A stretch of DNA of 64,000 bases from Schmidtea polychroa (lineage: Eukaryota), in contig CM097885.1 of assembly GCA_044892525.1 (NCBI GenBank), forward strand, positions 9,178,001 through 9,242,000, given 5' to 3'. The position numbers and the translations under genes are program-made. Positions 15,315 to 28,634 of the stretch are shown here, piece after piece. Within the stretch, counting starts at the first letter, position 1; each line of letters starts with the position of its first letter. A model generated the notes under the pieces. It worked only from the letters and a program-made list of their open reading frames with translations. It ran no database searches and was not told the origin of the DNA.

Positions 15315-15859
15315 AATAACATTTAATCAATTTTAATGCAAATCGAATACAATTTTTAGTTGTGGCATAAGATTACAAATTAATAATAAAATACAATATC
15401 ATAAATTAAAATCATTAAAATATATTTCTCAAAAGTGAGTCGATAATTAAAAAGATAAAATTATTGTCTATCAGATTGTCAATGGTTGTATGGAGGCATT
15501 TTTAAAATCTTACAGGGGGCCCACGCTTTTAGGAGACTGGTTATTTTAATTTGAAATTTAATTTAATATTTAATTTAATTTAATATAAAATGTACATAAT
15601 ATTTTTAATTAAAATATTATCTATACATGTTTTAAATATCAATAAATTTATGAATTCTTGCATGATCATGCAAAACCATGAAAACTCTTAAAATGGAAAC
15701 GAAAATGCAGTTGTAATATATAAATTATAAAAGGCGTGTCCTATCTTAATATATTTTTAATTCATATAGTGAAATTAAGGAAAGTTTATTTTTACAAGAG
15801 CCTCCTGATTACAAGACCCAATGTCGGTTTCAAGTAAATCAATGTTTAAGATGCATTTT

Positions 15860-16223
15860 GGTACTTCCGTGTTATCTTACCCCCAAAAATTAAATTAAAA
15901 TAGAATACATATAATTATTATATTTATTTTCTAAATCACAGTTACAAACTCAGCAAATGTTTGTAAAGAGTTTGTAAATAGTCATCCAGGTGGCCAGAAA
16001 ACCACAATGTCGTTGAGAATAGTGTCGAACACGTCGGCACTGTTGCTTAGAACACTTAAACTCACATAATCACATAATCAAATAAATCACAGATAGCCTT
16101 AATAAATTCATGTTCAATAATGTGCAATAACGTCATCAATAATTTATTCTCTCATTTTTTATATTGTTATTTTAATTGTATTTTATAATTTAATTTTTGG
16201 GGGTAAGATAACACGGAAGTACC
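15860..16223 (-). mobile_element. Merlin-type non-autonomous DNA transposon
   Basis: TIR GGTACTTCCGTGTTATCTTACCCCCAAAAATTAAATTA at both ends; 8-bp TSD TGCATTTT (15852-15859, 16224-16231); GG..CC termini; internal minus-strand remnant DVFDTILNDIVVFWPP resembles a Merlin transposase C-terminus. Confidence 0.8.
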
Positions 16224-16798
16224 TGCATTTTTTATGCACGAAAATACGGTGAACATCCCTATTCAATTTGTTTGTTTTTCCTTTCTTTTCCGACAGAACT
16301 CATCCGTATTGTCTTCGGGTCTATGTTACCTTCACCGACCATAAAACAGTTGTAATTATAACCTTAACCGAGTTAAAAAATGTGATATAATAATTATTTA
16401 AATTATTATTATTAATTATTATCAAGATTAGAAAATTCAAAAACCGACTTACGTTGCAGAAACTCGCATGGTAGTCAAAATGAAGATCAGAATAAAACTG
16501 GGGAAATTTAGAATTATTTTCTGTGTTATTTCTCAGCTGAAAATGCAAAATATCATCAATGGTTGCAAAAGAACAGTCTGTCATTGTATTATAAATGATA
16601 ATTATCAGAGCGTCACTTTTATAAATAAGGAAAAACACTTCCTGCAAAGGAAGAAGCTACTCAATCAGCCGTTTATTTCATTTTAATTTTATATTGACTC
16701 AATGAAAAATGAATTTAAATTCATATTTAAAAAATCAAATATCAATTATTCATTATTTATCACTTGGATACAACTTTCAATTATTGAAATATTCCCAG

Positions 16799-17064
16799 AG
16801 AGAATGTTCAAATACACAGCAAAATGCCCACAGTGTCAGACCGAATACCCCACTGTATACAACAGCTATCCAGAAAAGTGGAAAACCATTGACGCAGACA
16901 TGGCAAGATTCAAGAATTGTAAACTTCAAAGAAACTATGACACGTTTTATCGGGACAAATACACGAAATGTTCTCCAGTTTACTCTCCATACATGGTGGA
17001 CTCTAGACAAGAATGGCCTCAACACGTACCAGCTACCATTTCATGCAGAAGTTGCGGTCTATGA
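16799..17064 (+). CDS. Probable terminal exon of a small Cys-rich protein, unidentified
   Basis: Follows an ATTCCCAG acceptor; less AT-rich than its flanks; reads ...KCPQCQTEYPTVYNSYPEKW...KNC...KCSPVY...ISCRSCGL*. Confidence 0.4.
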
Positions 17065-17137
17065 AATTAAACATTTGTCAAAATGTACACAATTTTCTTT
17101 CAGAAATACAAACGTATTAAATCCAGTGTCTGTTTTA

Positions 17138-17184
<47 letters not shown>

Positions 17185-17579
17185 ATTATTTAAAACAATA
17201 AAGTGATAATTTAAGCCTTTTGCTGCGAATAATGTATTTAATGAAAAGATTTTCAACTATAAGATAGTATTTTTCAATTGTTTTTGTTAAAATTTTATGA
17301 ATTTTTGATTTTTCCTTTCTTTTAAATTTTGGTGAAAATGAATTGTTTCAGGGGGTGATGGGTATCTCAAATATTTTGTGGTTATAAATAAATATCAAAT
17401 TTTCTTTCATTTAATTAATTGATTTTAAAATGAAAGTCAGAAAATTAAATTAATAAAGTTATCTTTTGTCCTTGAGGTCGAAATATAAAGGAATTGTGAA
17501 GGTAAAAGGAATTAGAGTTTAAGTGGAAAATTTTTCAAAATTTAAATTCGGAAATTATAAAACTTTAAAAAAATCAGGA

Positions 17580-18581
17580 ATTTAGGGTATTCAGGTTTTG
17601 TAGAAGCGGAATGTTTGACTAAAACTATGTATGGTATGAGAAGGATAGGTGTGATAAGGTATGGCGGGATCCATAAATATATTGGTATATCTCTCATTAA
17701 TTGCTCAATTTTCAGACGAAGCTTTGGTAGACCTTCAACTAAATGACTGAAGGGAAGGGATATCGTCAGGTCAAATACGATCAACTCAAGGAGCAACATT
17801 TCTAGACGGAAGGAACGTGGGTTTGGCCGGAACAAATGAAGATGGCATTGCAAAATATTTCCAGAGCTTGACCAGAACTCCGGAAACTCCAGCTGGTCAA
17901 TCACCATATGAGGAAAGAGTTGTGAAGATACTGGTTGGATGAAAATTTCATCTAAGAGAGTTGCTTCTTTCAAGAGTGTGCCATCCCATTACCTTAATCT
18001 GTTCCGTCGTAATTAACACATGTGTTCTCCATTGACACGCTCACTTCGAGCAAGAGGGCATGACTACCTCGCAAGAATAAGCAAATGTTTCGGTGGATCC
18101 AACGACGCCATGAAGATCAGCTGATGCACAAGATGCGGGAGCGTACTAAATTTTCACAAAGTAGAATGGCTATAAGATGATTTCAATAGAATCTCAGTTC
18201 GCAATAAATCAAATTGTGAATTTATAAATTCGAATTTTTAATTATAATTTGTGAATGAATTTTGAATTTGTTGGGTTCTTTATTGCGGCCATTCATATAT
18301 TACGTACGTACGCAACGTAAGCATACATACGGCAACTTTGAAATTCTGACAGTTCATATATAGCCAAATGCCGCATCAAGGTATATGTAATATATGGTGA
18401 GATACAGGTAATGCACGTCTTAATCTTTCGTGTTGTTTCCAGCATAATCGAAAATATAGGAAAGTTGCTCCGTTCAACTTTGGAACTGTATCGAGTGGGT
18501 GGGTACTTGTCAAAAGTGAGCGTACCCTTGTACACTATAATCGACAAGGACTCGAGCGGGTTCGTGGACTGCCGTTAAAAG
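17580..18581. repeat. Unclassified, possibly LTR-like repeat related to repeat R
   Basis: 18390-18580 (...ACTGTATCGAGTGGGTG...GGGTTCGTGGACTGCCG) is homologous to 59780-59980 and 47790-47880. Confidence 0.45.
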
Positions 18582-19830
18582 CAGTGGCGTCGCTAGGGTT
18601 GGTGTAATCCAGTGCGGTAAACTCGCGGTGTCACCCATCTAGATTTCGACCACAGATTTATTCTTATTTAATCAGCGTGTAATAAATCAACAGTATCAAA
18701 ATGACTAAAACGAAAAACAAGTTAACTGAAGGTCAGTGTGCACCAGTATTAAAGAACTGTAACAACTTTAAGTTATTGATATTAATACATTCTTTAAAAT
18801 TTTCCTTTCGCGGTTTTCAGAGCTGCAAACTTGTCAATCACCTCATCAAAGTCTATGTCCTTCACGGTCTCACTTTCAATTGATAATTGAGCCAGATCAG
18901 AAATTCTAGGCTGGCCCATGATGGATCGTAAATAATTCTTTATCAGCTTTAGTTTTGAAAACCTCCACTCACATGAAGCTACAGACACCCAAATTGTCAG
19001 AAATAATTGAAGGCTTAGAGATACGAGGAAGATTCGAGGACGTCCCATTCAGCTATAAATTGCAAAAGAATAACCAGTCGATGGCTTTGTTTAGATCAAT
19101 ATCAGCTACAGGTGCCTTCTAAACCTTGGTATTTCTTTTAAAAGCTCAACTTCAGATAACTCGTCATACAAAGAGGTTAATTTAGGAACCGATACTAGTA
19201 ACTATTCTTGACTTGTCGATAGTAGACTCTTGGGTTGAACAGCCACAAACATATCTACTACTTCCTTGATCGCTTTTTGATCTCATCTGGAGTTCAGAAT
19301 GAAAACGATCGATACATTCCAGAATCTCCCTGCGGTTTTCTTCTAGTAGAAAGAGTCCAGTGTCTCCCAGTTGTTCCCCCGCCATTCTCTTTTTGAATCT
19401 TAATCTTCTTTCTAATGAAATTCCTTATTGGTCTGATTTTGAAAGTGCCCATTCAATTGCATGCTCAACTAAGTGACTGCGTTTCTAGTACAGAAACAAT
19501 TTTAAGTCCTCTAATTTTGTCACAACTTTGTCAAGAGTTAAGCTTTTAGTCTGGAGGTACTGCTGGGTGAGATTGGGTTCCTCAAGTAGATCAGCCCAGA
19601 GGTAAATGTAGCAGATAAACGTGAAATCACCGACAGCATGTAAATGATCTTGTGCTGTACCCCTTGTGTCCAAATTCCCACTAGGATCACATAGAGCTTC
19701 AATCGTTGCCATACATTCATCAAACCTATCTTTCACTTCCATAACAGCAGCATAATGAGCACTCCAACGTGTTGTTGATAACCTTTTCACCGACATCCCA
19801 GTGTGTTCAATCAAAACATAGATTTGTGCA
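18582..19830 (-). mobile_element. hAT transposase relic (ZMYM1-like type) with one TIR
   Basis: TIR-like CAGTGGCGTCGCTAGG at 18582. Fragments KRLSTTRWSAH and SVASCEWRFSKLKLIKNYLRSIMGQPRISDLAQLSIE; frameshifted. Confidence 0.88.
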
Positions 19831-20854
19831 CTCCATGTAGCATGATTGAATTATATTGAAAAATAAAAATATAATAATATATATTAAAATTGTTAAAATG
19901 TAACTATTTACATGCACAATTTAATTGAAGGCTCTTTATTTTCTCCTGCCGCGCTTGCAAATAATATAATAACCAAAATATTATACCAACAATTGGTAGA
20001 TAATTAGGAGTACAAATATATTATTAGTGTGCAACCCAATTCGCCCATCATGCATTGCAAATGAATTTTTGAGGGCAGCAACAGCAACTATATGAGAGTT
20101 CATAGCAAGTCAAAGAATGTGTGCGTGTCGTCATTATCATAGCAGTAATTAAATACTAGTAGTACTCACTTTTTAAGTGTAATCCTTTCTTCGCTGTTCA
20201 TCAGTTATAAAAATTGCGTCCTGTTACTTTAAACAGGTTAGTGATACAAATTACAAGTTTCACAAAATTTACTGTTTTGATATAAAAACAAATAAGTAAA
20301 CGTCTGCACATCTAAATCATACCACGTCATACCAAAAGTCAAGCCAAAGATGGTACCTCGTACTCATGAAGCACTCGGCCTACGGAAACGCCTCCAAGTC
20401 TATTGATCTATTCTACCTCATTAATTATCACGTTCGTACATCACTTTTTTTGATGTTATTTTGTGAAAATCTTTCTAATTTTCATTCCTCTCTCCTTATT
20501 GCCATTAATTCAAATTATTTATTATTTAAAATTAGGAGAAGGGGTATGAAAATATGAGTTTTATGTGTACATAATATATGGATGGCCATAATTTATGTTT
20601 ATTTCTACCAAAAATACAAATAACCCAACAAAATAAAATCTAAGAAAGAGATCTTATAATAAAAGTCTATAATTAGACTTCATTTTGTAAAATAATGTTT
20701 TCAAATAAAAATGAAATTCATCGAATTTCATTGGATAAAATATTTGCGATCGGTTATGTCTGAACACTGATTGGTTGAATGTTGCACCCGTAAATATTAT
20801 ATTTCATATAAAATAGACAAATTCATTAATGATATTACTAAAATTTGTTTCGAA

Positions 20855-23800
20855 ATGAAATTATTTTGCAGGTTTTTATTAATATTTTTCCTGCCGACTG
20901 CATTTTTCGATGAACTCGAAATTGAAAATGACGTTTTTGTCATTAATACAGAAACTTTTGAAGAAATTGTTAATGACCATAAACCGATTTTAATTAACTT
21001 TTGTAGGATATTTTCAATTAATAAATCTTTTAGTGATCTTAATATTTAGATGCACCTTGGTGTAAATATAGTCAGAAATTATTGCCACATTTTCAAAATG
21101 CCGCCAAAACTCTTTTGGAAATGGAGTCGAGAATAAAATTGGGCAAAGTCGATGTGACGGTTGAAACAGATTTGGCAAATAAATTCAAAATCAAATCCTA
21201 TCCGACAATTATTTTGTTCAAGGAAGACCGAGAAATACTTTATTCAAAAGCCCATAATCATTTGACCATTTTAAACTGGGTCATTGCAAAAGTTGATAAA
21301 CTTATAATTTCTATCAACTCAACGGACAGCCTCGATGAAGTTAGAAGGAAGACAGACGTTTTATTTTTGGTAAGAAATTTTTAAATTAATATAAATAAGA
21401 TTTTATATGGTTTTTATAATATCTCCCCTTCGGAGGATTTAGGAAACTATTTTTAATAGTGATTTCTGATCTGATATTTCCTTTAGAAAATTACTTTTGA
21501 GTTATCTAGAAAATGCATATTTTGACGAAAAAGAATTTTAAATTGTGAAAAAATTTATTTTGAAATTCAACCAAATTCAGTCGAATAATACACAAATCAA
21601 ATTTGATAAATAAAAAAAAATTTATGAATGCTAAAAATGAAAATAAAAATATTTAAAAAATTCATTAATATAAAAACCGAATGGTCGGTAATAATTAACG
21701 AATTTGATTGTAATATCATTTATTTACAAAAGCTAATATGAGATAATTTATGGCACACTCATTTGATAAATATACTGATGTAGTAAGTGTATAATATAAC
21801 AGATTGCAATCCTATATATTTAAGTGTGAATAAAAAGTACGTACAATATGAACGTGGCCTGTTTTCAAAGCATTCTCCAGACGGAATTATGAAGTTTATA
21901 TGTGAAACCGTCAAAGATGTTTAATTAAGGTAAGTATATAGTAAAAGCTATATAAATAAAAAACTTTACATTATGATTTCTATCTGATTATATCCAAATA
22001 TTAAAGACAAATTACTCTTACGAAACTTTGTTTTTGAAAATTCATTTTTAATAGCAATTTTTGAGAGATTTTGATAGAAAAAAAATGTCAACGTTGGAGA
22101 GAAATGTACAAGAACTGCTATTTAATTAGTTAGGAACTCAAAGATTACGGAAACCAAATGTTAAATCTTCATTTTGAAAGATTTTGTCACAAATTCATTC
22201 TTGGAACAAATTTGAAAAGGTTTGGTAAATCTTAACAGCAATTTTATTTGCAGATAAATAATAACATTATGGAGGAAAATTTCGTGGGTGCTGCCGAACT
22301 CATTGATGATGTTCAGTTTGCAACAATGGACAGCCGTTTATTCGATTCCTTATTCTCATATGCCGACAAAACAAAAGCTATTCTTATACGAAAAGTGAGA
22401 TTTCTAATTTAACAATTTTTTATTACACAAAACAATAAATTTTTATCTGTTATTACTTTTGACATATTTCTGTTTTAAATTTCTTGTCTAATATTATTGA
22501 ATCTTTAATTATAATTTTATGATAACTGAAAATAAAACCTGTTTGAAATAATATTATTGCATGTTGAATTTGGATGACTGATTATTATGTAATGTATGTC
22601 TGAATGTCAAAGGTGTAATATTGTATTATTGGTGCATGTGTATATTTTGCTTAAGATACTTGCAATATAATTACTTCGCTATTTTCAATATATTCTCTTC
22701 ATTTTCATTAAATTATAAATCAATAAATTTAAAATACACAAATTTTCGACACAGCCTTTATCAAACAATAAAAATGTTTTAACCAATGAGTAATCAAAGC
22801 AGTTTAAATGATAATAAATGCATTCAAATGAGTTTCAAATTTTTTGAATTTTGTCTCATAATTTACTTAAAATAATTAACAAGTGTTTTAAACAGTTAAA
22901 CAGATCAAAGGTGAACAAAAAAATAAATAATTTTTTTTTGAAAGTTATATTATAAAATTAAATAAGAATATTGAAAAATTTTAAATAATGAATTTTAAAT
23001 TATTTGTCAAAACATTTCATATTTTTTCAAAGCAAAATTGACATATACAATACAGTGTACACGCATGGCCGGATATAAGACGATTGCGCCCAATTAGTCT
23101 CCGTGTTTCAAGGGTCCACGCACTTTAAAATTTATGTTTATATTCAATAAAATGTTATTTTTATAATTGATTTTGTGTCAATAAATATATCAATAATTAA
23201 ATTTTTAAATATTAATTAATTTTTTTATGAAGTTTGAGAAGCCCCGCGAAAAAAACCAAGTCGGGCCTCGCACTTATTGGATCTGGTTTTGAATACACGA
23301 GAGAGTCAATTTGAGGGAATCCTAATTAAATTTACAATTAATAAATGAATTTACTTATTTGGATAGAATTTATTATTATTTATTTAAAGTTTTCATATTT
23401 TATTAAATAATATTTTAGATCGACAACACTCTGGTTCCATTTGGAAATGGTGAAATGAACCAGGAAAGTCTAATAAAATTTGTCAGATCAAACGAAATTC
23501 CTTCCGTTGTGAAATATTCATTTGATATTGGAGGAAAGGTGTTTCCGAATTCACACAGATTTATGCACTTCATGGTCTTTATGACCCATAAATTTGAAGA
23601 AGCTCACAAAGAACTGGAGGAAGCAGCTAACAATCATCCTGAAGTATGACTTAATAAATTTTATTTTAAATGTTTAGAGATTTTTTCTTTCAAAGGTCTT
23701 CGCTTAAAAGACTTTACAGTTTGACGGAACGAGTTATATGGTTATGGTTTCATATTCGTATTTGGATTTGGATTTTCATTCTTCTTTTACTTGTTAGAGC

Positions 23801-26800
23801 ACACCAACCATTCTTCAGCACATCTTGGATTTTAAAAACTAGACTTTTGTAATATCCTACTGTTAAATTATTTGCTTTTTAAGCAAATGAAATCCCAATA
23901 TATATACAAAATTATTAACCCAAAAATACGTAAGGGGCCGTTCATAAAGTACGTCATGCTCCAAAGGGAGGGTGCAAGAAAATGTGACGGTTTTGACAAG
24001 GGAAGGAGGGTATTCAGGCCATATGTGCTTCACATATTTAATTTTTTTTATTTTTTTTCTAATTTATTTTTTTCGAAATTGTGACGTATTTTAGGAGAGG
24101 GGTTCGAGATTTATGACAGTTTTTAACATGGGGAGGGAAGGAGTGTGTTATTAATATATAAATACGAAACTTGATGAGTGACGATATGGTCATTTTATAA
24201 TTTTTGGTAAATTCCTTAGGAGTTTCTCTGCCTTTCATTGCCTTTTCATCAGTATAAATTAGGAACAAAACAAATATAATAAATTTCATAACAAGAAATT
24301 GCAAGGTAAAGTTATAATGAAAAATTAATAAAATAATTACAACAATTATTACAATGCCTGCTTGGATAACAAATAATATGTTTGCAAAAAGTGCTATTAA
24401 TACATTTCAATCCAAAAAGAGCGCGGTCTTTTTTTGTGCGGTTATCACCACTGTGATTAAAATATAAAAAAATATTTTGTTACATTTTATTTTTAGAAAA
24501 TAAAAATTGATTTTCAATTTAAGAAAATCGATGTGTTCTCGCTTTTGTTTATAAATTAGTTTTATTTAAGAAATGATTAATATATATTATAAAGCCCATC
24601 GGTTCGTGTATTGAATTGAATTAAAAATTTTATGCGGCCAGCCTTTCTTGTAATTGCCAATTTTTGGCCAAGCATTCTATGATCTTTGGGCACCCATGAT
24701 CTATAATCTGAAAGAAGGGAAGATAAACGAAATATTTTATGAAAATAGATCAAATGTAATTTTATTATTTTTACACATTCTAATGATCTTCAACTGTTAT
24801 GGATATCATCAACGTTCTTAGTTAATTATTGTTTTAATTAATTTTTAATAATTTTTTAATAATTGATAATTTTAGGAATTAAAGAAAACAAAATAATTTT
24901 AAAAAGTGAAATAGTCATATTTAATTAAATTAGTCATTTATTTTTGTTTGAGACCAAGTAATTTATTTCCGGTCTCTATTTAATGAGAAAATGAATAGCA
25001 AATATTTACATTGAACGTCACAAAATTTACATTTTTTAAAAGGTTTGCTTTTTTGCAAATGTATATTTTTTCAAAAATGTTAACTCCATGGTAAACTTCT
25101 ATGTTTTGTAATTGAAATATATATATCAAATAAAAATAATAATAATAATTTAGAATTTTTGATAAACCAGTTTTGTAAATGTATTATTAATATATAAGTT
25201 TTAACTATAAACTTATCCTTTCACTCTCATTCAAAGTTTAGCTGATGTTGCAATCTTTCCGATCGATTATTTTCTTTCTGTTTTTTTGACAGTTCTGTCA
25301 AGATACAAATATATTTCAAATTTGTAAGTCTTATACTTTTCCATTTACTAAATTTTAAATCTCCCATTTTGTATATAAAATGAAGAAAAAATCAACCATA
25401 AAAACATGGTTTTTGAAACTCTCTATGTTTCAATCTCTTAATTTATATAATATTTCATATAATATATTGAAAAATGTCAACTCGAAATCTCCATGAGGAA
25501 ATTGTTCATACTATTTTGCACTTTTAGTACCTATATGGACATAAGGTTCAAACTTCTATAACATATTTTAGATATAATTACGTATTTTCTTTAATCCGAA
25601 GTAACTGAATAAATAAGAATTTATGGAAATAAAGAAATAACACTAGATTTGACATCAATATTTTTTAAGTTGACCCAATCTGAAACTTTGATATAATGCA
25701 GTGTTCTCAACAACGAATCTACTTGGCAAATTTCAGCTCAATCCAATGACGGAAAGTGAGTTAATTTGGCCTCACAAAATTAGCGTGGCACATACAAACA
25801 TCAGCGAAGTTAATATAGAATAATAAAATACATAAATTTAAAATTTATTTCAATTTGAAATATGAAATCAATAAATTATATTAAATATTTTATAAGAGAA
25901 AACCGTAAACAAGGCAGAAAAGAGACAATAAAGATGAATTGATATAGGATTATAGGATTAGGGTAAAGCAAAAATACCAAAATTTTTTAATACTAAAATT
26001 TTAATAAATAAATCATGAATAAAAATATTTAATATTATATTTAGATAACCTTTGTAATGACAGACGTAACGGATAACACAACATCCGGTCTTATCAAACA
26101 TTTCAATGTAAACCTTTCGAATCTTCCCCATTTAGTTTTATCTGATGCTAAAAATAAACGTTTATTTCTACCAGATTTTAATGAAATAAATGGCAAAAAA
26201 ATTGATCTATTTTTAAATGATGTAAAAAATGGCAAAATTGGTCAATTTCTTAAAAGTAAAAATATTCCGGAAAATTGGAACAGTGAACCTGTTAAAGTTC
26301 TCGTCGGCAAAAACTTTGAACAAGTTGCATTGGACAAACAAAAAACCGTATTTGTTAAATTTTGTAAGTAAAAACATCCTTGAAATTGTAAATATATGAT
26401 TATCTTAAAAATCTGATTCTTTTTTTTTGCGCTCATTAAATTCTAATATTAGATGCTAAGATGATCATTTTACGTACTTCATCCGCATATTTTATTGAAA
26501 CAGGTTGCCCTGAACAGAAAGTTCACCTCTACCTATATGTTATTTGGGCACATTAGTCCTTACTTTACCAACTTAGAACACTGTTTCGTAATTTACTTGT
26601 TTTACTGTACATCTGGTTTCATGAAATAATATCATATATAATATAAAACATATATAATATATAATCTCACAAGCTGGAACAAACTTGATTTTTTCTATTT
26701 CATAGCATAACATTATTTAAAATAGAAGTAAAGAAAGGTTCAAAGAATTAATCAAAGAAAAAAACAACGCATGATAAAAAATGCAAACAAACTTTCAATA

Positions 26801-27538
26801 TCTTTAACAGTTCAATTGAACAATGTCACTTTTCAGAAAAATATTCAATAATTATTCAAAAATAATTATTCTTATTCCAAGAAAACCATTGAGTTTCCGT
26901 GAAAACAAAGATAAATTTATATTTGGAAAGTTATTATGGGGGAAATCTAATTAAAAAATTGATAAGAAAATAAAAAGAAAAATCTAATAAAAATCTGAAG
27001 AAATGAACTTTAAAATAAAAAATATAAAATAGTATTTCCGTTCAACTTACTTTACATTACAATAAATCCGAAAATAATGTATTAAATCATAAATTCATCT
27101 TTATCTAAAAATTAATGAGTCATCTAGTTGGCGTGCGCACTAACTACCATTATAAATGGGATTGTTCAATAAAACATGAAAATCCATCTTCATATTTTAA
27201 ATTTCATTATATTTAGATGCTCCTTGGTGCAATTACTGTAAACAGCTGGAGCCGATTTGGGAAAGACTTGCTAAAGAATTGTTAGACGTTCCCGACCTAA
27301 TAATTGCAAAATTGGATAAAACTGAAAATGATGTCAAAAATTTTGAAATTAAATCATTTCCCACTTTGAAATTATTTCTGAAAGATACAAATGAAGTAAA
27401 AAGTCGATTTGTACAGAAAATATTTAAATACAAATTTAGGTAGTTGATTATTCTGGTCCGAGAACAAGAGAAAGATTAAAGGAATTTCTATCAAAATATG
27501 TTAATTTAAACAACGCCTTGAAAAATGAGGACCTCTAG
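20855..27538 (+). CDS. PDI: Protein disulfide isomerase family protein (a-b-b'-a'), non-canonical active sites
   Basis: Exons 20855-21002, 21050-21369, 22254(or 22239)-22394, 23419-23643, 26045-26363, 27217-27395, 27440-27538, all GT-AG and in frame. Signal-peptide-like N-terminus; motifs FYAPWCKYS, KVDVT, SYPTI, VKVLVGKNF, FYAPWCNYCK, SFPTLKLF; C-terminal NEDL. Confidence 0.92.
23934..24195 (+). mobile_element. Degenerate PIF/Harbinger-like MITE in a PDI intron
   Basis: TAA|GGGGCCGTTCATAAAGTACGTCA start with internal GTGACG / GGGAGGG motifs; matching right TIR not clear. Confidence 0.5.
25205..25830. mobile_element. Possible Helentron/DINE-like non-autonomous repeat in a PDI intron
   Basis: CAAATTTCAGCTCAATCC motif and a ...CATACAAACA...GCGAAGTTAATATA end are typical of this class; weak. 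Confidence 0.3.
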
Positions 27539-27962
27539 TTATAAATAAATTCCCCTTGGATTTGAAATTTTATATAAATTCTGATATGAAATAATTTTTT
27601 TCATAATTATTTTTGACAAAAATTCATCAAATAATTATTGAAAATGACTTTAAAAATCAAAATATTGAGTATTTGTTGTTTAAATTGAAAGATTCCCCTA
27701 CATTAGAAAGTTTACAAGAAATACAAGAATTTGAAATATGGTATTCGTTTTAAAAAAAATAATTAAGAAAAAAATTGTATATTTGGGGTTCAATTTGTGA
27801 TATTCTAACCTCTTTCCCTTGATTTAGGATTTTCAATATTTTATTGAGGGTACCCAAGTGATTAAATGAAATAATTATTAAAATTATTTAGGAAACAAAT
27901 AAATATGAAAGATAACGATAAGGCAGACCTATGTAATTAATTAATCACTTAATTATGTAATA

Positions 27963-28634
27963 CTAGTTGGCTACCCGGCATTCTCGGGACTATTTGGAAG
28001 ATAAAAAAGGTTTTACAAACACCCCAGTGCAGTGATCTTAAACTAACAATGAAAAAGATAATTTTGTGAAAATTTCTTTATTTTCTTCATTTTTTACAAA
28101 AATCACAAAATCACAATCCCACCTTACTTTATCCTATTCAGCTATACAATACCCATCCAGATATACCGTACCGAGAGAAAAGACAAAAATGAAAAAAAGA
28201 AAAAAAAATCTAAAATCGGATAAAAAATGGAATTTTCATGTTATTATTTCATTTAAAAATTTTGAAATTTTTTTCTCATTAGTATAGTACAGTGGTTCTC
28301 AAACTTTTTTGATCACGACCCAAATTTTTGACATTTCATGCCAAAAATTTTATTGCGACCCACATGACAAAGATTAATTTTAAAATAAATGTTTATTTAA
28401 TGAGAATAACTCTATTTAACTCTAGTTATTCTAGTCATCGCGACCCACCAAAAATTCTTTCGCGACCCATAGTTTGAGAAACACTGGTATAGTAAACAAA
28501 ATCAATTAGAAAATCATTTGATCTTTTACCTTTTTAACTTGAAAAATTGAACACATGTGTCTACTTATTACCAATAATTTGAAGTTAATATATCGAGCAT
28601 ACAAACACACATTCTTTTATTTTTATATATTAGA
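27963..28634 (-). mobile_element. Non-autonomous Helitron-like element
   Basis: On the minus strand: A|TC 5' end (28634) and CTAG|T 3' end (27963), preceded by the GC hairpin CCCG-AGAATGC-CGGG. Confidence 0.55.
28290..28486. mobile_element. hAT (Charlie-like) MITE
   Basis: TIRs CAGTGGTTCTCAAACT / AGTTTGAGAAACACTG; perfect 8-bp TSD GTATAGTA (28282-28289, 28487-28494). Confidence 0.92.

Noticed and set aside
17542..17973. 143-aa ORF as a gene
   Set aside because: No domain recognised; lies in repeat-like sequence related to repeat R.
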